This document shows positions 10,101-20,417 of a stretch of 64,000 nucleotides of DNA, in pieces. The position numbers and the translations under genes were made by a program. Position 1 is the stretch's first letter. Each line of letters begins with the position of its first letter. The notes beneath the pieces were generated by a model that saw only the letters and a program-made list of their open reading frames with translations, was not told where the DNA came from and did no database searches. Source of the DNA: a virus; IMG/VR virus record IMGVR_UViG_3300046787_000316, positions 73,365 to 137,364 of that record; one strand, 5' to 3'.

Positions 10101-11510
10101 CTATGCTTTAACATTTATAAGTTTGTGTTTATTATATATAGTATCGATTGATATTAATTCGTATTTCATTGAGTTAATACCATCCGATTTGTAATCAATT
10201 TTACCCTGCTGCATTTGTAATATATATCGTCTTTCATTTCTTGCAGTAGTTTCTCCCTTTGCCCATTTATCAATTCCCCCAACATTAATTAATCCTTCGG
10301 TTTGATGTGGTAAGCATCTGAATTTACCATCCCTTCTATATGGTAAGACTGTATTTGGTACTGAAATAGTTTGATTTATAATTTCTACATTATCCATTTC
10401 CAATTCATCCATTGGTTGGGAGAAATCCAAATCAAATACTAAATTATCAGTAGGCTGTATTTTATGTAAGTTTTGTATTTCATCTGCTGATAAACATCTA
10501 TCCCACATTTTTATTTCGGAAATATAACCTTTGAAAAATTCTTCATTTGGTGATTTAGAATATCCAATTTGAAATTTATCCATCCCATAACGTTTCAATG
10601 GTTCATTATAAATTAATGGCGAATATGTACCAGTCCCCAATCTTGCATCACTTTCTTTACCATTTAGATAAAAATGAATTTGTTTTAATTCGGAATCAAC
10701 TGCCATTGTCACCCAACTCCATTGATTTTCATAACGTTTAATCCATTGATATAAATGAGTCTTAACTCTATCCCATAACATAGCAGTATAAGCTCTACTA
10801 TTATTAAATGATATTCCCCAATCGTATCCAGGTTTTCTGAATATTGGGTACTCTATAAATTGTCTTTCGGAATCTCCAATTAACCATATAGGAACTTTTT
10901 CAATTTGTTGGTCAGCTTTTACTAAAATAGAAACGGTATGTGATTGTGAAATACAATCTTTCATTTCTCTGCTAGGCCTGTATAATGCTTTGGAATTCAA
11001 TCCATTAAAGTATCCAACTAATTTATCTTTATCAAAATCCAATTGATTTCGTTGTGCATACCCTTCCATCACACATCTCCAAAATAAATCATCATCCTCC
11101 ATTCCCCAATCCCAATAATCATTTGAATATCCATTAGTACGTTCTACTTGTTCTTTGGAAAATACAACTGCTCCACCAAAATACTCCTCATATTTTAATT
11201 GGTAATCCGATTGTGAAATTCTAACGGCAATGTGTTGTGGGTTATCAGTTGGAAATGAATAATCGCAACTATCATCTTCCGGCACCATATCAATATCATG
11301 CCAAACGATGTAATCACATCCATCATCAAATGCATGTTTAGCTGCAATGTTTTTCATTAAACCTCTATTAAAAAGTTTATCATCACATTGATGTGCTAAA
11401 TAAATGGTATGTTCAATTCCTTTTGAATCTAAAAAAGCAGATACAATTGGAATGAATTGATTCATGTGTTCTTCTCGGTTTCTATATGGTACACATACTC
11501 CTAATTTCAT
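10101..11510 (-). CDS. GT7 (beta-1,4-galactosyltransferase-like) with inserted LamG domain
   Basis: VPYRNR, FNRGLMKN, HDIDM (DxD), YFGGA, NGYSNDYWDWGMEDDDL; LamG strands; C-terminal GKFRCLPH...DGINSMKY. Confidence 0.85.
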   Translation of the reverse strand: MKLGVCVPYRNREEHMNQFIPIVSAFLDSKGIEHTIYLAHQCDDKLFNRGLMKNIAAKHAFDDGCDYIVWHDIDMVPEDDSCDYSFPTDNPQHIAVRISQSDYQLKYEEYFGGAVVFSKEQVERTNGYSNDYWDWGMEDDDLFWRCVMEGYAQRNQLDFDKDKLVGYFNGLNSKALYRPSREMKDCISQSHTVSILVKADQQIEKVPIWLIGDSERQFIEYPIFRKPGYDWGISFNNSRAYTAMLWDRVKTHLYQWIKRYENQWSWVTMAVDSELKQIHFYLNGKESDARLGTGTYSPLIYNEPLKRYGMDKFQIGYSKSPNEEFFKGYISEIKMWDRCLSADEIQNLHKIQPTDNLVFDLDFSQPMDELEMDNVEIINQTISVPNTVLPYRRDGKFRCLPHQTEGLINVGGIDKWAKGETTARNERRYILQMQQGKIDYKSDGINSMKYELISIDTIYNKHKLINVKA

Positions 11511-12937
11511 TATATACCTACGTTTATAGTTCTTATATTACCATTGGTTTCAACACCATAGGTATGATATTTTAAAGTACTCAATCCATCGTTTTCCAAT
11601 AATGAATGATTACCATTTACTTCATTTACAAATCTTAACTGATTCCATCTAGTCGATTGGTCTTTCCAAGCATTTCCTACGAATCCATTCTCATCATGCT
11701 TCAATGATTTGAATAGTGATTTCCTACGATGTGGAATATAGAAATCTTCATAATCATCTACCAATTCTTTTACAATTTCACATTTATATATAATACCATC
11801 ATTATCATTGCCAGATAAATCAGTTAGTTTATAGTTTTCAATGTGGTTAGAATCATAATATGTTTTTAAATTATCAGCAGATTCATATTTTCCAAAATTC
11901 TCTGTTAATAGTTTAGTATTATTATTAGAAATATCATAAATCTCATCAGCTGATAATTGATTATCATAGTATGCGAAATATTCAATAGTTCCTTTAAACC
12001 AATTTGGAATAATTTCCCTATCAGGATTACCAACTCCTAAATAAAAGTATGGTTCTTTTCTATATCTAGCATTATATCTACGAATTGGTTCAGTTTCTCC
12101 AACTAACTCACCATCTTGATACATTTTAATTATAGTAGATGCTGAATCGTATGATAAAGTAATATTGGTTTTATACTTAGGTTTAATATCTGTATTAAGA
12201 TATATGGGTTTGAATTTACTATCAAATGTACAGAAGTTGTATCTATCAAATGACGTATATGATATAGCGAAATCGAAGCCAGGTATACTAAACGCAGTAA
12301 ATTCATCTGATTGTTTGTTATGATTTAAAATTAAATTATTAGGTCTGAAACATATCGATATAGTAAAGTCATTATTCAAATCAATAACATTTTTGGATTT
12401 AACATAAGCATTATCGCCATTAAATCTTAAAACATTATTATTGTAACCTACGTTTTTTAATTCTATTTTATTTAATTCAACTGAATGATACTTACATCTC
12501 AACAATAAGTCATCATCTTCATATCCCCATCCCCAGTACTTATTAGAATAACCATCAATCTGCTCAAAGATATCCATTGGAAATAACGTAACACCGCCAA
12601 AGTATGTATCAAATACAACTCGTTCCTTCTCACCTTCACTTAATTCAAAATTAGTAGATAAATGTAATGGGATATCCGAATAAGAATAATCTACATCAAT
12701 TGGTAGCATATCAACATCGTGGAATACTACATAATCACATCTAAGCTTTTTAGCTTGCTTAAATCCGATATTAAGTAGCATCCCACGATTAAAAAGTTTG
12801 GCATCGTCTTGGTGAACTATAATTAATTCAAATCGTATATTTTTAGTTCGTAAATAAGTTACAATTGATTGTTTAAATTGTTTCAAATGTAAATCACGAC
12901 CTCTATACGGCACAACTATGCCAACTTTCCTATCCAT
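11510..12937 (-). CDS. GT7 (beta-1,4-galactosyltransferase-like) with inserted LamG domain, paralog 2
   Basis: VPYRGR, FNRGMLLNIG, FHDVDMLP, YFGGV, GYSNKYWGWGYEDDDL; LamG (MYQDGELVG, DLSGNDNDG); C-terminal KSLKH...DGLSTLKY. Confidence 0.85.
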   Translation of the reverse strand: MDRKVGIVVPYRGRDLHLKQFKQSIVTYLRTKNIRFELIIVHQDDAKLFNRGMLLNIGFKQAKKLRCDYVVFHDVDMLPIDVDYSYSDIPLHLSTNFELSEGEKERVVFDTYFGGVTLFPMDIFEQIDGYSNKYWGWGYEDDDLLLRCKYHSVELNKIELKNVGYNNNVLRFNGDNAYVKSKNVIDLNNDFTISICFRPNNLILNHNKQSDEFTAFSIPGFDFAISYTSFDRYNFCTFDSKFKPIYLNTDIKPKYKTNITLSYDSASTIIKMYQDGELVGETEPIRRYNARYRKEPYFYLGVGNPDREIIPNWFKGTIEYFAYYDNQLSADEIYDISNNNTKLLTENFGKYESADNLKTYYDSNHIENYKLTDLSGNDNDGIIYKCEIVKELVDDYEDFYIPHRRKSLFKSLKHDENGFVGNAWKDQSTRWNQLRFVNEVNGNHSLLENDGLSTLKYHTYGVETNGNIRTINVGI

Positions 12938-13118
12938 TTATGGTAGGGTCTTTTTGTTGAGTAGTTTTATGCCATTCGGCAAGATAGAATTGAATTCGGT
13001 TACTCCACTCATCTTTATCAATTTCTTCAAACCAAATTGCTAAAGCGTCAACACTATTTGCTATCTTTTCTAATGCTTTTACTTCTCTTTCTTTTAATTT
13101 TAATTCGTCTGCTGTCAT
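12930..13118 (-). CDS. Hypothetical protein
   Basis: 62-aa ORF between a promoter and the GT7 genes, overlapping the next start. Confidence 0.6.
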   Translation of the reverse strand: MTADELKLKEREVKALEKIANSVDALAIWFEEIDKDEWSNRIQFYLAEWHKTTQQKDPTING

Positions 13119-13140
13119 TAGTGTTTAATTATTTATATTA

Positions 13141-13172
13141 CAAAGTTAGTGAATTTTTTTGATAAAACCAAA
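13141..13172 (-). promoter_or_regulatory. Bacteroidota-type sigma70 promoter (TTTG-N20-TAACTTTG)
   Basis: Plus caaagtta 13141-13148 and caaa 13169-13172. Confidence 0.8.
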
Positions 13173-14024
13173 TTAAATTGATATTATTTTTTTAAGTAAA
13201 TTATCCCATTGAGTGTATCCATTATAATCATCTGAAATATTTTCAAAACCATATTCTGAATTATTTACATCTATTTCAAAATTATTACTTCTAATAGCTT
13301 GATACATTTTCAAATATTCTGCTGAAAATGCATAGGGTTTGCGCTCATCTGCCACTGTTTTAATCCTATCAACACAAGTTGAATCCCATTTAAAATGATG
13401 AACTTGCACATTATACTTATCAATTGGTGCTATTAACGGATGATTCCATCCATGCCATCTCCAAGTTGAATGTCCATTTATTTTTGCATAATGTTGTCCT
13501 GCTGTAATTTCAATATTACCTTTCATAATACAAACCTTATTAGGACATGCTTCACTCATAGGATATCTAAAGAATCCAGCCAACGGAAATTGTTTAAATA
13601 TATTTTTGTATGGTTCTATAACAGGGAATACACCATTCTCACCAATTCTATCGATAAATCCTCCTCTAACTAATTCCCATCCATTAATTTCACAATCTTC
13701 AACAATATAACTTAGAGGTTGCGAATAAACATGAAATTCATCATCATCTGAAACTACCCACCAATCATTTGGATGCATCAATTTAGTTTCATTATATAAT
13801 TGGGTAACATATTCCCAATTAAACTTCTCTTTAACTTCCCTTCTAACTATCTTAGCATTTGGAAAATTAACTAATATGTTTGAGATTTCTGAATAAGTAC
13901 TAAATCCTTCCCACTCATATACTACGATATAAATTTCATCAACTATATCCTTGTAATGATTCAGCATGTGCCACAATGTATTTGTACGTGAACCAGTAAC
14001 CGTAACTAACCTTATCTTTTTCAT
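13173..14024 (-). CDS. Glycosyltransferase family 2-like protein
   Basis: LWHMLNHY...VDEIYIV, DWWVVSDDDEF acidic motif, HHFKW. Confidence 0.65.
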   Translation of the reverse strand: MKKIRLVTVTGSRTNTLWHMLNHYKDIVDEIYIVVYEWEGFSTYSEISNILVNFPNAKIVRREVKEKFNWEYVTQLYNETKLMHPNDWWVVSDDDEFHVYSQPLSYIVEDCEINGWELVRGGFIDRIGENGVFPVIEPYKNIFKQFPLAGFFRYPMSEACPNKVCIMKGNIEITAGQHYAKINGHSTWRWHGWNHPLIAPIDKYNVQVHHFKWDSTCVDRIKTVADERKPYAFSAEYLKMYQAIRSNNFEIDVNNSEYGFENISDDYNGYTQWDNLLKKIISI

Positions 14025-14064
14025 TTTATTTTATTTTTAAGCTTTCTAAGCTTTTTTAGCTGTC

Positions 14065-14826
14065 TTATTTTCTGCTTAGCAGTGTCAAACCTGTCGAGGT
14101 AGGTCTTTTTGTGTCAAATATACGAAAATTTTTTAAATTTACCAAGTCCCAATCTGGATTATCTTTTAATTCTTTAACAAATTTAGCAGGTCCATCAAAT
14201 GTAGCAAAATCCTTTTTAGCATTTTCGGTAACAATAAACGTATCGTGGTATAGTTTATCGGTATCGTGAATTGTAATCAATCCATTTTCAGACATTATAG
14301 TAGAATATAATTCAAAATCTTTCTTAACTCCCTCATAAGAATGGTCGCCATCTATATGTAGATAGTCAATTTTAATATCTTGTCTAACAAAGTAATCGTA
14401 AAACGCTCTCTCCGAAGTTTCTAATATAATTTGAGGACTGAAATGTTTTCTAAGAAACGAATCTTCTTCAGTCCAATCGGTGAACCCACCAACTCCATTT
14501 GAAGCATCTACTATAATGGTTGTACCAACATCACCCCACTCATTGGATGGATTTCCTTCGAATATATTTTGAGAATGTAAATCAACTCTGGCTTGAGTCA
14601 TAATACGTGGAATGAATCCACCACCACTACCAATACAAACGCAGATTTTTGAACGAGAAAATTGTATGAATGAATATATTAACATTCCATCTCCTAAGTG
14701 TAAATCAGTTGCACCATGAGTCCATCTGTAATTTATCGGAGTATGTATTTGATTACCCTCTTCATCGAAGTGATGATTATTAGTAAGGTAATCTTTAACA
14801 ATATTTAGATTAAGTAACGATTGCAT
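14065..14826 (-). CDS. Class I SAM-dependent methyltransferase (Methyltransf_24-like)
   Basis: CIGSGGG motif I, IDYLHIDGDHSYEGVKKDF, GLITIHD. Confidence 0.85.
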   Translation of the reverse strand: MQSLLNLNIVKDYLTNNHHFDEEGNQIHTPINYRWTHGATDLHLGDGMLIYSFIQFSRSKICVCIGSGGGFIPRIMTQARVDLHSQNIFEGNPSNEWGDVGTTIIVDASNGVGGFTDWTEEDSFLRKHFSPQIILETSERAFYDYFVRQDIKIDYLHIDGDHSYEGVKKDFELYSTIMSENGLITIHDTDKLYHDTFIVTENAKKDFATFDGPAKFVKELKDNPDWDLVNLKNFRIFDTKRPTSTGLTLLSRK

Positions 14827-14829
14827 AAC

Positions 14830-15807
14830 TTATTGTATATACATATATATATCGTTAATCCATTTTTGCTTATCTGTAAACTTTTGTAACCCTTTTTTCA
14901 ATCTATCAAATTGTTTAGCATTTTTTTCAAATCCATCTTCAATGATTTTAAGATATTGATAGTGGAATTGTTTTTTATTCATAGCTCTATAACGATACTT
15001 AATATCCTTCATCCAATCCGAATTAAGTATTGGTAATTTACCATTATCAATCGCATCGAATATAGAATACCCAAATGGTTCTTTGGTATAGCATCCGTGA
15101 AATATTTGAAAATCTTTTTGAAAAAACTTATTATGGAATCTGTAATCAAATTCTATAAATCGATGAACATCCGCATTTATTTTACTACCTTCCAATAAAC
15201 GTTTGTAATCATATTTGTTACTGAAAACGTATGATGGTATTCCATCCAAGTAATGTGCATTTTTACGAGTTTCACATCTCGCCGCATATCCAATGTAATT
15301 ACTTGATATTTCAGCAAATGGTTTATTATACTTCCATTCATAATAATTTGGAATTGTTATTGTTTTTGGAAAGTATGTATGAATCGTATCACTCTCATAT
15401 CCTATCCATATAATATTTTTAGAATTATCCAAAATATCTTTTTGCCAATGCCAATCCAATCGTGTCATTAGGTTTTCATACTCATCATTTAATCCTAACA
15501 TATCAGGAATAAAAGCATGAACAAAAGTTGTATGAGTTTTATGAAGATACTTTTTAATTATAGGATTTGCTTTGTAAGAATGGTGTAGAAAAACTATCTT
15601 ATCACACTCATCCAATATCCTATCTACTTCCCCATCGTTTTGGAAAGTGTAAATTGCATCTTTTTCTGACAATAAAGGTCTACCATCCACTATTATTTTA
15701 TATGGTTCATCAACTAATGGTAAAACATTCTCCATAAAGTTATTACACCATATATCAGAACCTCCTACTACATTTTTTCCGTAACCCGTTGTTATGAATA
15801 CTATCAT
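14830..15807 (-). CDS. GT-B (GT4-like) glycosyltransferase
   Basis: N-terminal VVGGSDIW, GYAARCETRKN, EPFGYSIFDAIDNGKLPI (E-x7-D/E motif). Confidence 0.7.
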   Translation of the reverse strand: MIVFITTGYGKNVVGGSDIWCNNFMENVLPLVDEPYKIIVDGRPLLSEKDAIYTFQNDGEVDRILDECDKIVFLHHSYKANPIIKKYLHKTHTTFVHAFIPDMLGLNDEYENLMTRLDWHWQKDILDNSKNIIWIGYESDTIHTYFPKTITIPNYYEWKYNKPFAEISSNYIGYAARCETRKNAHYLDGIPSYVFSNKYDYKRLLEGSKINADVHRFIEFDYRFHNKFFQKDFQIFHGCYTKEPFGYSIFDAIDNGKLPILNSDWMKDIKYRYRAMNKKQFHYQYLKIIEDGFEKNAKQFDRLKKGLQKFTDKQKWINDIYMYIQ

Positions 15808-15812
15808 ATAAA

Positions 15813-16541
15813 TTAATTATGCTCAAAATATATATTCATATCTAATTTTGAATCTACATATTCATTTAAAGTCGTATTTGTAGAATTACCATATAAACAT
15901 TTCGGATGGTATGTTTCTATATATGAATCCAATGTAGTATCCGTAAAACAATATAAAGTAAATTCTTCTATTAATGTAGTTATATTTTCATCCTTTGCTA
16001 AATTTAATAATTGGGTAGATATATTACTATCTGATATATAAATAAATCCAGCATTTGGTATCACCAATGTATCCATATAATCCCAACTAAATTTATTTAA
16101 TAAATTAGATTGTAATTCAACCCAATCATCGGCTCTATCATATATTGTTTCGTAATCTGATTTGTTATATGAATATATTGGCGCTAATAAATCTTTACCA
16201 TCTATTTGATTAAAAAATACATCATCCAAATCCTTCACTAAATTACAATCCCAATCTAAAAATAATATTTTAGAATAGGTTTTCATAGAAGTATCTATAC
16301 CAATCAACTTATGTATGAAGTGGTATTTTGGGTGTGTAAACTTATAATCTAACGAATTTTTACTCATCAATTTTGTTTCATATCCTAAAGATTTTAAAGC
16401 ATCTCTATTTTCTACTCCCCACACATATACGATTTCATTATATTGTGGTGTAGTTGGTATATTTGAAATATCAAAATTTCCAAAAACAACCCTTACAACC
16501 TTGACATCTCTTGTATCTTGAAATGAAATTATTTTATCCAT
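15813..16541 (-). CDS. GT-A-like DxD protein (paralog of 55344-56129)
   Basis: HKL...KILFLDWDC, VIPNAGFIY, IEE, IYFEH. Confidence 0.5.
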   Translation of the reverse strand: MDKIISFQDTRDVKVVRVVFGNFDISNIPTTPQYNEIVYVWGVENRDALKSLGYETKLMSKNSLDYKFTHPKYHFIHKLIGIDTSMKTYSKILFLDWDCNLVKDLDDVFFNQIDGKDLLAPIYSYNKSDYETIYDRADDWVELQSNLLNKFSWDYMDTLVIPNAGFIYISDSNISTQLLNLAKDENITTLIEEFTLYCFTDTTLDSYIETYHPKCLYGNSTNTTLNEYVDSKLDMNIYFEHN

Positions 16542-16547
16542 ATTATT

Positions 16548-19500
16548 TTATTTTTGTATTTGTTCTTCTAATTCCAATACCCTATCTTCTAATAATTCTA
16601 CCTTTGATGCCATTTCTCGCATAGCAGCTGTAATCAATGCGATAATTGCGTTATATTCCACCGTCAATAGATTTTCATATTCAACCGAACCTTTCACAAC
16701 TTTAACTAACTCCGGAAAATATTTTTGAATATCTTGTGCAATAAATCCGTATGAATATCCTTTATCGGTTAAAGGCGCAGTTGCATCATTCCATAAAAAT
16801 GATTTTGGATTTAATTGAGATAATTTCACCATTGGTGAATCGATTTCTCTAATATCTGTTTTTAATCTCTCATCGGATGTGGAATTAAATGCAGCCGCTT
16901 GAATAGAACCGGCTACCTTTACATCTCCAGTAAACGTTCCAGCTAATCCTGCCCCTGCTGCGGCTCCAATCGCAGTTAAACCACCGGCCGATGAAATTTG
17001 GATACCATTTAATCCTATTTCTAATTTTTGAGATAATTGTAATGCATTTATTGTAAAAGTCTGAGCGGGTAATGTATATTGATTTACACTTAAACTCCAT
17101 GCGGGAACACTACTACTAAATGTATATGCAATTGCCGCACTTGTAATAGACCAAGATATAGCTGTTCCAACTCTGTATTGATACGATGTATTCAATCCAC
17201 CAAATGCAGCAGCGGTTACCCCACCACTATATCCAGTAGAAACTGCCCCTGCCATTGTTCCATTGATATACTCATAATATATCTGTTTAGATTGAGTATC
17301 CACAGTTTCCCAGCCGCCATTTATAAATCGTTGTAACGAAATTGAAATACTAGCGGTGAATACGAAAGTAGAATATTGATAATTTGGTATAGATGATACA
17401 TTTGATGAAAATGCCGTTCCAATTCCACTTCTTGAATTTGGTTGTCCCACCGAAGAACCCTGATAAGTCACCGATATGGTCAATGCATCTTGTGATATAC
17501 CAAATTGATTGGAATACCCAACTCCAGATGTACGTGTACGGCTATGACTACCATAATAATTCCAAGTTGTGCCACCCGTTGAACTTAAAGTCTGGTCAGC
17601 TCCTTCTACATTTGTCGATGTTGATGTAGCAATTGAACTCTGAACCAAATTATCTTTTGTAATTCGAATTCTTTCGGTAGAACCATCGGTTAATGAAATA
17701 ATACCCGTATTATATAATATAGTTTGGTTGTTATTTGATTTTATACTACTACCATCGATTGACCAACCACCAACACTACCTGCCGTTTTAGCAGAACCAT
17801 TATCTTGATATCCAGCATTGTTAGCTAATGATGTTATATTTGCTCCAGGTTGAAGTGCCGCATTAGCATTACTTGCAATTGTAGCAATTGTGCTAGCTCC
17901 AATTACGGCATTACCACCAATTGTTAAAGTTGCACCATCCCAAGTTATACCTTTTGTAGAACCATCTCCGATTGAAAACTTATAATTTGAACCACTATAC
18001 CCCAAAAAGAACCCCGTTCCAGTATTATAATCGCTCTGCCCTCCTCTAATGAAACCACCGCCACTCATAGCTATACCACCACTTGCAATAGTAATAGAAG
18101 CTTCTATACCAACTTTAGCTTGATTTTGAGCTGAATAGTTTTGGACATTTCCTAATCCAACATCGTTGCCGGTCAAACTGAATCCACTCAATGTAAGAGA
18201 TGTTGCCGTAATTGCTCCCGTAATATTTGCATTGGTTGCGGTTAATACTCCGGCGGGTGTTACTCTAAATGGAGCAGATGCAAATGTTGCATTTCCTAAA
18301 GAAATTCCATCCGTAGTTGCTTTGAAAATATTATTTCCACTACCAATTGATATCGTTCCACCACTAATAGTTCCACCACTAATAGTTCCACCACTAATGG
18401 TAGCAGTCGATGTTATGTTTCCACTAAAATTTCCCGCATTAGCATTTATAGTTCCATTAACAGTCAATGAAGTTCCATCAAATATTAATTTATCTTTTAA
18501 TGAGAAATTACCATTACTATCCAAATACACGCCGGTGTTTGTATTATTAAATGCCCCCGTTCCAATATAAATTTTACGAATAGATGTTCTTGCATCTAAA
18601 TTTATAGTTGAAGATGTATTATCTCCGACTGTAAATAACTCTTTTATATAACCCTGCTGTCCACCAATGGCAGGTGAATATATTACATTATCCCCAATGA
18701 ATGAACCACTATATTGTCCGTTTGCTAAATTTTTAACTTGTGCAAATGATGATGATAGAATTATTGCATTGGAGGAACTTACGGATGCACTTAAAGATGT
18801 AATTGAAGAACTAACCGATGAACTTAGAGATGTAATACTACCACTAACACTACCACTCAACGTTGTAATACTACCACTTGCCGATGAACTATACACAGTC
18901 ATCGTTCCACTAATAGATGAAGAAACTGCTGCCAACTCAGCCGCCGATGCGGATGCGGATGCACTTATAAATGTTAAAGTTCCACCAATATTATTATTAC
19001 CTCCAGTGAAAAGTGCGCTTTGTGTCACTAATACCGGAACGTAATTATTGTTTACATCATAGAACTCAAATTTAAAATTATAAGTTTCATTCCCAACCAC
19101 AGTTGGCATAGATGTTACAAACGAAATCTCCGATGGAGAGAAAGCAGTATCTTCTGTTAACTTTAATGATAGATTTCCAATATGCCATTCACTTTGTGAT
19201 TGAGAAAGATATAAACTAGCCGTTGGTTCTGCTAATGGTAATGTAAACTGAAATACGCTATCTTTTAAATTCTTAGTCGGTGCAATTCCAGTCAATGTTC
19301 CAACCAATACTTCCCCATTGTTAGAACCACTCACATATATTCCCATATTACTTGGATTCGATGCCGAATAAAAAGCATCTACTCCAAACTCATATACACT
19401 ATTTTCTGATAAATTTAGAGATGATGAATATGTAAAATACCCACTACCATTTAATTTAACACCATTATCCACTCTACTTGAAGTCAATTGAGTTGTTAGA

Positions 19501-20315
19501 GTTGGATATGACCATAGTTTTTCTAAAACTTCCGAAGTCATTAACCCTGCTTCACCAACCACACTTCCGGTTAACTCATAAGAAGTTAATAACTCCTTTG
19601 ATTCAACTAAAATATCTTGAATCATATCATAATCAGAAATATCACCTTCCGATGTTCTGTAAACTTTAATACGTTTAACATCTCCGGCAAATGTATCCAA
19701 TTTAGAAAGTGTAACATTAGCAAACGATGAAACTATATTTGATTCTATCTTAGAACCGCTTACAATTGTATATATGGGTGAAAGTGTTTCGGAAATACTA
19801 GCCGTAGGTCTTTTATAAAAACGTATTTTGGTTGTATTTGGTAATTTTGGATTTACCGTTACTTGCTTTTGCCATTTTACATTATAAGTTCCTTGCCAAT
19901 TTGATGGAACGGGAATTAATACACCGGCATCATTATAATAATCACTTAATTCTCCCAATATAGTAATAGTAGCGGGACCAAATGATGTATCCGGGTAAAT
20001 ATGAACAGCTATCACTTTTGATACCCCCTCATAATATTCGGTTACAACCGATTCACCCGCTACCGATGAAGAAACTATACCCTCACCTGGTTCGTAGTAT
20101 ATAGTATTACCTTGCGAATCTTTAATTTCAATTTTAATTAAGGTATCGGCTACCAATTGTTCTGAACCTTGAATTAAAAATGCGTTCTTTCCACCCGTAA
20201 ATGTATCGGATAATTCAGTTATTTTAAAATACTTACTAAACGGGTCAGTATCCGTTACAAATGTATTATATTTATCTAAATTTTCAGTAAATAGAGTTTT
20301 TTGTGTTACAGCCAT
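16548..20315 (-). CDS. Tail fibre/spike protein with C-terminal peptidase S74 intramolecular chaperone
   Basis: Gly/Ser/Thr-rich repetitive body; STSDERLKTDI...YGFIAQDIQKYFPELV...YNAII plus terminal coiled coil. Confidence 0.9.
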   Translation of the reverse strand: MAVTQKTLFTENLDKYNTFVTDTDPFSKYFKITELSDTFTGGKNAFLIQGSEQLVADTLIKIEIKDSQGNTIYYEPGEGIVSSSVAGESVVTEYYEGVSKVIAVHIYPDTSFGPATITILGELSDYYNDAGVLIPVPSNWQGTYNVKWQKQVTVNPKLPNTTKIRFYKRPTASISETLSPIYTIVSGSKIESNIVSSFANVTLSKLDTFAGDVKRIKVYRTSEGDISDYDMIQDILVESKELLTSYELTGSVVGEAGLMTSEVLEKLWSYPTLTTQLTSSRVDNGVKLNGSGYFTYSSSLNLSENSVYEFGVDAFYSASNPSNMGIYVSGSNNGEVLVGTLTGIAPTKNLKDSVFQFTLPLAEPTASLYLSQSQSEWHIGNLSLKLTEDTAFSPSEISFVTSMPTVVGNETYNFKFEFYDVNNNYVPVLVTQSALFTGGNNNIGGTLTFISASASASAAELAAVSSSISGTMTVYSSSASGSITTLSGSVSGSITSLSSSVSSSITSLSASVSSSNAIILSSSFAQVKNLANGQYSGSFIGDNVIYSPAIGGQQGYIKELFTVGDNTSSTINLDARTSIRKIYIGTGAFNNTNTGVYLDSNGNFSLKDKLIFDGTSLTVNGTINANAGNFSGNITSTATISGGTISGGTISGGTISIGSGNNIFKATTDGISLGNATFASAPFRVTPAGVLTATNANITGAITATSLTLSGFSLTGNDVGLGNVQNYSAQNQAKVGIEASITIASGGIAMSGGGFIRGGQSDYNTGTGFFLGYSGSNYKFSIGDGSTKGITWDGATLTIGGNAVIGASTIATIASNANAALQPGANITSLANNAGYQDNGSAKTAGSVGGWSIDGSSIKSNNNQTILYNTGIISLTDGSTERIRITKDNLVQSSIATSTSTNVEGADQTLSSTGGTTWNYYGSHSRTRTSGVGYSNQFGISQDALTISVTYQGSSVGQPNSRSGIGTAFSSNVSSIPNYQYSTFVFTASISISLQRFINGGWETVDTQSKQIYYEYINGTMAGAVSTGYSGGVTAAAFGGLNTSYQYRVGTAISWSITSAAIAYTFSSSVPAWSLSVNQYTLPAQTFTINALQLSQKLEIGLNGIQISSAGGLTAIGAAAGAGLAGTFTGDVKVAGSIQAAAFNSTSDERLKTDIREIDSPMVKLSQLNPKSFLWNDATAPLTDKGYSYGFIAQDIQKYFPELVKVVKGSVEYENLLTVEYNAIIALITAAMREMASKVELLEDRVLELEEQIQK
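18355..18399. repeat. 3 x 15-bp tandem repeat encoding (ISGGT)3 in the tail fibre
   Basis: gttccaccactaata x2 then gttccaccactaatg. Confidence 0.9.
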
Positions 20316-20330
20316 CGATTATTCTTTTAG

Positions 20331-20338
20331 ATAAATAT
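20331..20338 (-). promoter_or_regulatory. Putative phage late promoter ATATTTAT (tail fibre)
   Basis: Plus ATAAATAT 15 nt upstream of the start; same octamer precedes several structural genes. Confidence 0.6.
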
Positions 20339-20359
20339 TCTTAAAAAAATAAACTAACC

Positions 20360-20367
20360 ATATTTAT
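20360..20367 (+). promoter_or_regulatory. Putative late promoter ATATTTAT (RHH gene)
   Basis: Same octamer, oriented toward the + strand ORF at 20418. Confidence 0.5.
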
Positions 20368-20373
20368 ATATAG

Positions 20374-20411
20374 AAAACTAATGAATACTTTATAAAACTA
20401 AAGAAAACTAA
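20374..20411. repeat. Phased AAAACTAA direct repeats (putative operator)
   Basis: Copies at 20374, 20394, 20404; partial AAACTAA at 20351. Confidence 0.7.
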
Positions 20412-20417
20412 ATAGTT

